Below are positions 29,304 through 36,726 of a stretch of DNA of 64,000 nt, piece by piece. The position numbers and the translations under genes were made by a program. Every line of letters begins with the position of its first letter. Position 1 is the stretch's first letter. The notes under the pieces were generated by a model, which was not told the DNA's origin, made no database searches, and worked only from the letters and a program-made list of their open reading frames with translations. The stretch comes from an uncultured Ignavibacteriaceae bacterium (GTDB lineage: Bacteria > Bacteroidota > Ignavibacteria > UBA10030). Location: positions 4,572 to 68,571 of the forward strand of contig CAYZRX010000008.1 in NCBI GenBank assembly GCA_964480945.1, written 5' to 3'.

Positions 29304-30764
29304 ATGACGAACGCACGCACTCTATTCATTTTCCTCTTCCTTTTCCCCCTCGCGGCGCTTTCCCAGGTTGGGTTCCCGCCGTTCACCAACGACTTTCCCC
29401 CGGAAGAGTTCGCTCAGCGGCGCGGCGGGGTTTATGATGCCATCGGGATCGGCGCCGTCGCACTCGTGCAGGGCGCGCCGAGCCCCACCGCCTACGTCCG
29501 GTTCCGACAATCCAATGAATTCTATTATCTCTGCGGCATCGAGGTCCCCCACGCGTACCTTCTCCTCGACGGTACCCAGAGGCGCGCCGCCCTGTACCTC
29601 CCCCATCGAAACCAAGGTCGAGAGCGAAGCGAGGGCAAGCTACTCTCCGCTGAGGATGAGGCGCTCATCAATCAGCTTTCCGGCATCGACGCGGTTTACG
29701 GCCTTGATCTTCTCGCTGAACACCTCGGCCGCCTCGCAAGAAACAGCTCCGTGAAAAGCCTGTATACGCCGTTCAGTCCGGCCGAGGGCTTCGCGACCAG
29801 CCGAGACCTCGCCGTGCGCTCCAACAATGACGTGATGGCCGATCCCTTCGACGGGCAGGCCTCCCGGGAAGATCGGCTTGTACAGCTTCTTCACTTGCGA
29901 TTTCCGCAGTTTGAAGTACGTGACCTCTCTCCGATACTGGACAACCTGCGGTTGATCAAGAGCCCGCGCGAGATCGCGTTGATCAAGAAGGCGACGATCC
30001 TCTCCGGCCTGGCATTGATGGAATGTATGCGCTCGACGAAGCCGGGTATCATGGAGTACGAGCTCGACGCAGCGGCAAAATACATCTACTATCGACACGG
30101 CGCACAGGGAGAAGCCTATTTCTCCATCGTCGCAAGCGGCCCGAACGCTCTCCTCGGGCACTACCACGCAGGCAAGCGACGGATGGAGGACGGGGACCTT
30201 GTGCTGATGGATTTCGCTCCCGACTTCGGCTACTATATGAGCGACCTAACGCGCACGTGGCCCGTAAACGGGAAGTTCAGCGCTTCACAGCGTGAACTGT
30301 TCGTGTTCTACACCAGCTGCTACCGCGCGATCCTCAAGGCAATCCGGCCCGGTGCGACCGCTCAGGCCATTCTGCAGGATGCGGTGAAAGAAATGGATGG
30401 AATTCTGACCGGAACGAAGTTCTCCAAGCCGTCTTACGAGAAAGCCGCGAACTCCTTCGTCAGCGGTTTTCGAGCATCGGCGAGAAACCCGCGGGCCAGG
30501 TTAGGCCATTGGGTCGGCATGGCCACCCACGATGACGGGGAGGACAGCGGACCACTTCGGGCCGGCATGGTCTTCACCATAGAACCCGCGTTCAGCATTC
30601 CGGAGGAGCAAATCAACATCCGATTCGAGGACCTCATCGTGATTGGAGAGAGACGCGCCGAGATCCTCTCCGATTTTGTGCCCCTGGACGTCGATAGCAT
30701 CGAGAAACTCATGCGCGAGCCTGGCTTGCTCCAACGCTATCCGCGCTCAGAGATGATGAAGTAA
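29304..30764 (+). CDS. Xaa-Pro aminopeptidase (M24B), secreted
   Basis: ATG at 29304 after GGAGG; signal peptide present. M24 metal-ligand regions (VLMDFAPDFGYYMSDLTRTWP, HWVGMATHD, FTIEPAF). Confidence 0.8.
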   Translation: MTNARTLFIFLFLFPLAALSQVGFPPFTNDFPPEEFAQRRGGVYDAIGIGAVALVQGAPSPTAYVRFRQSNEFYYLCGIEVPHAYLLLDGTQRRAALYLPHRNQGRERSEGKLLSAEDEALINQLSGIDAVYGLDLLAEHLGRLARNSSVKSLYTPFSPAEGFATSRDLAVRSNNDVMADPFDGQASREDRLVQLLHLRFPQFEVRDLSPILDNLRLIKSPREIALIKKATILSGLALMECMRSTKPGIMEYELDAAAKYIYYRHGAQGEAYFSIVASGPNALLGHYHAGKRRMEDGDLVLMDFAPDFGYYMSDLTRTWPVNGKFSASQRELFVFYTSCYRAILKAIRPGATAQAILQDAVKEMDGILTGTKFSKPSYEKAANSFVSGFRASARNPRARLGHWVGMATHDDGEDSGPLRAGMVFTIEPAFSIPEEQINIRFEDLIVIGERRAEILSDFVPLDVDSIEKLMREPGLLQRYPRSEMMK

Positions 30765-31244
30765 CCAAGCGTCAGAAAGTTCTGCAACACAGAAGCGTCG
30801 CCCTATATGTGATCGCTCGTATCGTTCGTTTTGCTGCGGTGAGACGCAGCCACGATTTCTACCGCCACTGAACAGGGGGGTCTCAGGGAGAAGTATCACC
30901 CCGCCAGCAAGATCGCTTTTCCACCCCTTTCCCGTCCGGCATCGCCGATTCTCAGAATGATCAGCCGAAGGGCTCGCCTTCGCTGAAGGGCATATCCCCG
31001 CAGTCCGGCCAAACGATTCGGTGTGTTCCAGGCGCCTGTCGCAAATTGAAACATCGTCTCAGTTTGTTTCAGATACAGGCCGGTGATCTGGCTTGCCAAT
31101 TCTGAGAAAGCGAGTATTTGCGGCCTGAAATCAATGAAACTCTGAGGTGGTACGTCCTTTGAACTACCCCCGGTAGTTCTCTTCCATTTTCTTGCGGTCT
31201 CACCTCGTCAAAGATGAACGAGTGAAAGGAGAGAGGGTAGCTCT

Positions 31245-31736
31245 ATGAACACCGGTCAGACGCTTCTTACCATCGTGGCGATCGTGTTGCTGGGATCGAA
31301 CGTCGTCAGCGTCAACAGAACGTTCGCGCAACATGGCGTCATCCTTCAGCAGACGGAGATCGGAATTTTCGGGATCTCTCTCGGGATGTCCATCATCGAA
31401 GAATCTCAGGGCAAAGCATTCGATCAGGCGACCGTGGACAGCGTAGCGGCGACGGTCAACGATTTGAGCACGACCCTGGGGCGAGAGTCCGGCGAGATAG
31501 CGCGGACCGACTTCAACGACTTCGATGACTACAACGGCTGGCGTGACACGATGTACGTGCAGGGTGTGGATCGGTTCAGGCGATGGGCTACCGTATGCTA
31601 CGTCGACACATCGAACCTGGACGGCTCCTCCGCCAACCGAACGTGGCATAAGAAGCTTACGGTCTACGTGAAAGCCGACAACTCGCAAGATACGGTCAAG
31701 ATGTCCTACATTTTCAGCTACTGGTCATTCCGGTGA
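31245..31736 (+). CDS. Cassette 1 gene A: small N-terminally anchored pseudopilin-like protein (GspI/PilV-like candidate)
   Basis: 163 aa starting MNTGQTLLTIVAIVLLGSNVVSV (short polar leader plus one hydrophobic helix). RBS AAGGAGAG. Paralog of 34098-34592; the N-terminal 60 aa are about 90% identical and the C-terminal SYIFSYWSFR is conserved. Confidence 0.6.
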   Translation: MNTGQTLLTIVAIVLLGSNVVSVNRTFAQHGVILQQTEIGIFGISLGMSIIEESQGKAFDQATVDSVAATVNDLSTTLGRESGEIARTDFNDFDDYNGWRDTMYVQGVDRFRRWATVCYVDTSNLDGSSANRTWHKKLTVYVKADNSQDTVKMSYIFSYWSFR

Positions 31737-31745
31737 GGTGACATC

Positions 31746-32393
31746 ATGGGTGCTAGCACAATATTCGACATTGTGAGCTCAACGGTCGTGGGCTCTCTTC
31801 TCCTGCTGATGGCCCTGCGGCTCAATGCGCAGGCGGTGGAGACGAACGCCGTCTACCAGAACAACCTCAACCTTCAGCAAAGCATCGTTGCTTTGGTGGA
31901 TGTGGTCGAATCCGATTTTCGCAAAATCGGCTACTGCAAGGATTTCCACAAGATTCAGCCCCCGAACATTGCCATCGTTTCCGCTGATTCCAATGCCATC
32001 AAGTTCATGACGGACGTTCCGAGCAGCCCGGGTGATATGGGCGACGGCGTGGTGGACACAATCGAGTACTACCTGGGACCGACCAGTGAGCTTGCAAGCA
32101 CGCCCAACCCGGATGATCGATATCTGTACCGCATCGTCGACGGAAACAAGGGGAAAGGCTGGAACCTGGGTGTGACGCAGTTCAGCTTGAGGTACTACGA
32201 TGCGCTTGGCGATACGATTCCTTTCCCGGTCCCGGATCCCAGGCTCATCTACACAATGGAAGTCAATATCTCTCTGGAGAGTCCGGCACCGCTGTTGAAA
32301 TCAGAATACACCTCGGCGGCCGCGGACTCGGCAGACTACAAAGTGTACTGGCGGCAGATTCGCCTGGCATCACGAAATCTTCGAAACCGTTAA
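31746..32393 (+). CDS. Cassette 1 gene B: pseudopilin-like protein (GspJ/PilW-like candidate)
   Basis: 215 aa with an N-terminal hydrophobic helix (IFDIVSSTVVGSLLLLMAL). About 90% identical to its paralog 34597-35244. Starts 9 bp after gene A, so operonic. Confidence 0.6.
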   Translation: MGASTIFDIVSSTVVGSLLLLMALRLNAQAVETNAVYQNNLNLQQSIVALVDVVESDFRKIGYCKDFHKIQPPNIAIVSADSNAIKFMTDVPSSPGDMGDGVVDTIEYYLGPTSELASTPNPDDRYLYRIVDGNKGKGWNLGVTQFSLRYYDALGDTIPFPVPDPRLIYTMEVNISLESPAPLLKSEYTSAAADSADYKVYWRQIRLASRNLRNR

Positions 32394-32408
32394 GGAGGGA
32401 GGCTCGTC

Positions 32409-33623
32409 ATGGGTAAAGCATCGCTTTTGATGGTCATCGGGTTCAGCACTGCTCTGTTGATGATCGGCTCGAACATCTCCAAAGTCTCCAACAGCGCTAT
32501 GGACAATTATCTGTCCTACTACAGATCCAGCATGGCACACGACATTGCCGCCGCAGGGACAAATATGGCCGCCCGAGCGCTCTGGGAGAACATGGCTTGG
32601 AAAGCTGGCTTTGGACGCAAGTCGTTCATGGGCGGAACTTTCCAGTCAACGGTCACCGACCTCGGCATGAACCAGGTCAAAGTTGTAACTACGTCGACGT
32701 ACATGGATGAGACCTCTGTAATCTCCGTGATTCTGCAACCGAGCAGTTTTTCCCGGTTCGGCTACTACAGCGTCCAGGAAGGCAACATCTTCTGGATCAC
32801 CGGCGATACGGTGTGGGGACCGATGCACACGCAGGACAACTTTCATGTCTCCGGCGACCCTGTTTTCATGCAGCGAGTGACATCGCTGAAGGGTCTGCAG
32901 AAGAACAACAAATCCGACCATCCGCAGTTCCTGGGCGGCTACGAGAGCGGGGTCAACGTCTCGCTCCCTTCGAATCTGACTCCACTCGTGAATGCTGCCG
33001 GCAATGGCGGGAAGCTCTTCACCGGCGGCGACTCCGTCTGCATACAGTTTCAGTCGAACGGCAACGTGAAGTGGAAACAGGGCGCGACCAATGGGTGGAA
33101 TACCGACCCACTCTCGAGTTTCGCGCCGAATGGTGTCATCTACGTGCAAGGTGCAAATATGCACGTCTCCGGCACGCTGTCAGGCAGAGTGACCGTCGGG
33201 GCCGGTGGAACAAATGGCAACAGCAAACAAGGCAATATCTACATTGATGATGATGTAAAGCTGAATTCCAATCCACAACAAGGTTCGTCTTCGGACATGC
33301 TGGGACTGGTAGCTGAGAACGATGTGATCATTACGGACAACGTTGCCAACAAGAAAGACGTGGTAATCCAGGCTTCAGTGTTTTCCCGAAGCGGCAGTTT
33401 TGAAGCGGAGAACTACGACAAGCGTGCTGTGTCCGGCACGATCCAGCTTCTGGGAGGAATAATACAAAGCCAAAGGGGCCCCGTCGGGACTTTCAGCGGC
33501 AACCCGCCAAAACTCGTAAGTGGATATCTGAAGAACTATATGTACGACACCCGGTTCCTGTACGATGCGCCACCCTATTTCCCCACCACGGGAAACTTCG
33601 AGATCGTCTCTTGGTTTGAGTAG
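32409..33623 (+). CDS. Cassette 1 gene C: PilX_N/GspK-like N-terminal domain protein with beta-helix-like body (candidate tip/adhesin subunit)
   Basis: 404 aa; N-terminus MGKASLLMVIGFSTALLMIGSNISK...SSMAHDIAAAGTNMAARAL resembles the PilX N-terminal domain architecture (TM helix, then an A..AA.AG helix). Repeated GD..G / I.I.DN segments suggest a parallel beta-helix. Strong RBS AAGGAGGGAGG. Confidence 0.55.
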   Translation: MGKASLLMVIGFSTALLMIGSNISKVSNSAMDNYLSYYRSSMAHDIAAAGTNMAARALWENMAWKAGFGRKSFMGGTFQSTVTDLGMNQVKVVTTSTYMDETSVISVILQPSSFSRFGYYSVQEGNIFWITGDTVWGPMHTQDNFHVSGDPVFMQRVTSLKGLQKNNKSDHPQFLGGYESGVNVSLPSNLTPLVNAAGNGGKLFTGGDSVCIQFQSNGNVKWKQGATNGWNTDPLSSFAPNGVIYVQGANMHVSGTLSGRVTVGAGGTNGNSKQGNIYIDDDVKLNSNPQQGSSSDMLGLVAENDVIITDNVANKKDVVIQASVFSRSGSFEAENYDKRAVSGTIQLLGGIIQSQRGPVGTFSGNPPKLVSGYLKNYMYDTRFLYDAPPYFPTTGNFEIVSWFE

Positions 33624-33660
33624 TTTCGTATAGAACGTTCACCAGGCTCGCCTCCCCCAA

Positions 33661-33687
33661 AGATCGCCCTCGCGGCGATCTTTTTTT
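33661..33687 (+). terminator. Rho-independent terminator of cassette 1
   Basis: AGATCGCC-ctcgc-GGCGATCT hairpin followed by TTTTTTT, 38 bp after the gene C stop. Confidence 0.8.
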
Positions 33688-33969
33688 GTACTCGCGTCTT
33701 GCGGAAACGTGCGCATGAGCGTGCGTCCCGTCACAGAGCAGAGGAACGCGTACGACGATCAAGACGTTATGAGCTGCTCTGAGGAATGTTCGCCCGCCAT
33801 ATTCGCCAATCTTTTCAGGAAGAAGTATTCGCGGGTTGGGCGGCTATTTATTGGTGGGAGGAGCAATTTCGGATGAGCCTCGTCGCGGCCGGCGACACCG
33901 GGCTTGATTCTTCCCGGCGAGCTGACGACAAAGTGTCTTGCAGCAATTGGCGAGTGTGAGAGGGGTCAT

Positions 33970-33998
33970 TTGACGTTGTTCCGAAAATCGATTATAAT
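33970..33998 (+). promoter_or_regulatory. Consensus sigma70-type promoter for cassette 2
   Basis: TTGACG, a 17-nt spacer, then TATAAT (perfect -10, near-perfect -35). About 95 nt upstream of the cassette 2 ATG. Confidence 0.6.
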
Positions 33999-34097
33999 GG
34001 CAACGTGACGGGGGGCCTCGCGCCCGCGCTCCCTACCGATCCGCTTCCGCGCCAACGAAGGCATACTCATCACTGAGTTCGAGGGAGGCACACTCCT

Positions 34098-34592
34098 ATG
34101 AACACCGGCCAAACGCTCCTCACCATTATCGCCATTGTGCTTCTGGGTTCGAACGTCGTTAGCATCAACAGGACGTTTGCGCAGCACGGCGTGATCCTCC
34201 AACAAACGGAGATCGGCATCTTCGGCATCTCGCTCGGCATGTCGATCGTCGAGGAGGCCCAGGGTAGAGCGTTCGACGAGAACACGATCGACAGCCTTGC
34301 CCAGACTACGAATCAGCTCAGCTCAGCGCTCGGCCGGGAATCCGGTGAAACAACACTCCACACCGGCTTCGACGATTTCGATGATTATAACAGTTGGAGC
34401 GATTCCGTCTCCGTGCCGGGCGTTGACATCTTCAAACGATGGGCCACCGTTGTCTATGTAGACTCCACCAATCTCGACGGCACAGCGAGTGGACGGAGGT
34501 GGAGCAAGAGGCTGGATGTCTTCGTAAAAGGCACCAGCTCCCAGGACACGATGAAGCTCTCCTACATATTCAGTTACTGGTCATTCAGGTGA
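34098..34592 (+). CDS. Cassette 2 gene A: small pseudopilin-like protein (paralog of 31245-31736)
   Basis: 164 aa; MNTGQTLLTIIAIVLLGSNVVSI...; RBS GAGGGAGG. The central region has diverged from its paralog while the termini are conserved. Confidence 0.6.
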   Translation: MNTGQTLLTIIAIVLLGSNVVSINRTFAQHGVILQQTEIGIFGISLGMSIVEEAQGRAFDENTIDSLAQTTNQLSSALGRESGETTLHTGFDDFDDYNSWSDSVSVPGVDIFKRWATVVYVDSTNLDGTASGRRWSKRLDVFVKGTSSQDTMKLSYIFSYWSFR

Positions 34593-34596
34593 CGCC

Positions 34597-35244
34597 ATGG
34601 GTGCTAGCACAATCTTTGATATCGTCAGTGCGACTGTCGTCGGCTCGCTGCTTCTTCTGATGGCACTGCGGCTCAACGCACAGGCCGTCGAAACGAATGC
34701 CGTGTACCAGAACAATCTGAACCTTCAGCAGAACATCGTGGCGTTAGTCGACGTTGTGGAATCGGACTTCCGGAAGATCGGCTACTGCCGAGACTACACG
34801 AGAATTCAACCGCCGAACAGCGCCATCATCAGCGCCGATTCGAACTCTATCAAGTTCCTCACCGATATTCCGAGCAGCCCGGGTGATATGGGTGATGGCG
34901 TTGTCGACACGGTCTATTACTACCTCGGACCGACCAGCGAGCTTGCGAGCACGCCCAACCCAGACGACCGATATCTGTACCGGATCGTCAATGGAAACAC
35001 TGCGAAGGGCTGGAACCTCGGTGTCACACAGTTTAGCCTGAAGTACTATGATGCGCTGGGGGACACGATCCCATTTCCTATCCCCGACCCCCGATTGATC
35101 TACACGATGGAAATCAACATCTCACTCGAAAGCCCCGCGCCCCTGACGAGGATCGAATATACAACGGCGGCTGCGGACTCGGCGGATTTCCGGGTGTACT
35201 GGCGGCAGATTCGCCTCGCCTCACGCAATTTGCGGAACCGATAA
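34597..35244 (+). CDS. Cassette 2 gene B: pseudopilin-like protein (paralog of 31746-32393)
   Basis: 215 aa, about 90% identical to the cassette 1 homolog. Confidence 0.6.
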   Translation: MGASTIFDIVSATVVGSLLLLMALRLNAQAVETNAVYQNNLNLQQNIVALVDVVESDFRKIGYCRDYTRIQPPNSAIISADSNSIKFLTDIPSSPGDMGDGVVDTVYYYLGPTSELASTPNPDDRYLYRIVNGNTAKGWNLGVTQFSLKYYDALGDTIPFPIPDPRLIYTMEINISLESPAPLTRIEYTTAAADSADFRVYWRQIRLASRNLRNR

Positions 35245-35259
35245 GGAGAGGAGCATACC

Positions 35260-36495
35260 ATGGGTAAAGCGGCGCTTATTATGGTCATGGGATTCAGCAC
35301 GGCACTGCTGATGATCGGGTCCAATATCTCCAAGATCTCGAATCGGGCGATGGACAATTACGTCCACTACTACAATTCCAGCATGGCGCATAACGTCGCC
35401 GCAGCGGGCACCAACATGGCTGCTCGAGCGCTCTGGGAAAATTTCGCCTGGCAAGCCGGGTTCTCCAACAAGAAGTTTGCCGGCGGCACATTCAACACCA
35501 CCGTGACGACCGCCGGTGTCAACCAAATCCGGCTGACAACGACCTCGACATTCCAGGGTGAGACGGCAACCATCTCCGTGCTGCTCCAGCCCAGCAGTTT
35601 CTCACGTTTCGGCTACTACAGCAATATCGAAGGAAACATCTGGTGGATCACGGGGGACACGGTGTGGGGACCCATGCACACGCAGGACAACCTCCGCGTC
35701 TCAGGCGAGCCGGTGTTCATGCAAAGGACCACCTCGCTCAAGAGCATCATCTACGACCACGGGCCTCCCCCAAGGGACAATCCCAAGTTCCTGGGAGGAT
35801 ACGAAACCGGAGTAAATGTGAGCCTGCCGTCCGATCTCACCCCTTTGCTGACAGCGGCGAACAATGGCGGAAAAGTGTTCAACGGTCCGGACTCCGTCTA
35901 TATTGAGTTTCAGTCGAACGGAAACGTGAAATGGAAGCAGGGAGCTGCCTCCCCGTGGAGTGTCGACCCCCTCTCAACGTTTGCCCCGAACGGGGTCATC
36001 TATGCCAACGGGACGAACGTCCACGTCAGCGGGACGATAAGCGGGAGAGCGACCCTCGGTGCTGGAGGAACGACCGGCAACAACAAGCGCGGCAATATCT
36101 TCATCGACGATGATATCTTCTATGCACATGACCCCGGCGCAGGGTCTTCCACCGATCTGTTGGGGCTCGTCGCGGAAAACAATATCCTCATCTCGGACAA
36201 TTCCGCCAATAACAACAATGATGTTACGATTCAAGCATCGTGTTTCTCCCGTTCAGGCGGTTTCACGGCGGAGGATTACGGCAGCCGCGGTGTGGAGGGG
36301 CGAATCAAGCTCCTTGGTGGAATCCAACAGAACAAAAGAGGCGCGGTTGGAACCTTCGACACCGACAGACACGGCGACCCATATCTGAAGAACGGTTATC
36401 TGAAGAATTATCTCTATGATAGTCGGCTTATGTACGACGCACCCCCGTTCTTCCCGACAACCGGCAACTATGAGATCATCTCATGGTTTGAATAA
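35260..36495 (+). CDS. Cassette 2 gene C: PilX_N/GspK-like N-terminal domain protein with beta-helix-like body (paralog of 32409-33623)
   Basis: 411 aa, about 70-75% identical to the cassette 1 homolog. The same N-terminal A..AAAGTNMAARALWEN motif and C-terminal ...EI.SWFE. Confidence 0.55.
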   Translation: MGKAALIMVMGFSTALLMIGSNISKISNRAMDNYVHYYNSSMAHNVAAAGTNMAARALWENFAWQAGFSNKKFAGGTFNTTVTTAGVNQIRLTTTSTFQGETATISVLLQPSSFSRFGYYSNIEGNIWWITGDTVWGPMHTQDNLRVSGEPVFMQRTTSLKSIIYDHGPPPRDNPKFLGGYETGVNVSLPSDLTPLLTAANNGGKVFNGPDSVYIEFQSNGNVKWKQGAASPWSVDPLSTFAPNGVIYANGTNVHVSGTISGRATLGAGGTTGNNKRGNIFIDDDIFYAHDPGAGSSTDLLGLVAENNILISDNSANNNNDVTIQASCFSRSGGFTAEDYGSRGVEGRIKLLGGIQQNKRGAVGTFDTDRHGDPYLKNGYLKNYLYDSRLMYDAPPFFPTTGNYEIISWFE

Positions 36496-36538
36496 TCGGA
36501 GTTGAGACCGTCGTGGCTTGCGTAGCAGAGCTTTACAG

Positions 36539-36566
36539 AGATCGCCCCCGCGGCGATCTTTTTTTG
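36539..36566 (+). terminator. Rho-independent terminator of cassette 2 (near-identical to the cassette 1 terminator)
   Basis: AGATCGCC-cccgc-GGCGATCT followed by TTTTTTT. Confidence 0.8.
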
Positions 36567-36726
36567 ATCCCCCTGAACTCTGTGCACCGGGTCAAGCAGT
36601 TTGTACTGGAAATTGCAGAAATTAGTATCAAGATTATAACCATCTGGCTAGTTTCCGACACAATCGCGGGGGCACACGGCATTTCACAGAAGTCCACCAT
36701 CCATCGAGTATCCTCTCTTTAACGCC

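Noticed and set aside
30765-31244. Searched the cassette 1 upstream region for a sigma70 promoter like that of cassette 2
   Set aside because: It has only weak -35/-10 candidates (for example TTGCGG...TGAACG) with poor spacing. I do not call a promoter there.
31245-36495. Considered whether the duplicated cassettes are a recent segmental duplication or a mobile element
   Set aside because: DNA identity is only about 80% with many synonymous differences. There are no flanking inverted or direct repeats and no transposase or integrase. The upstream regions are unrelated. They are old paralogs, not an IS or recent duplication.
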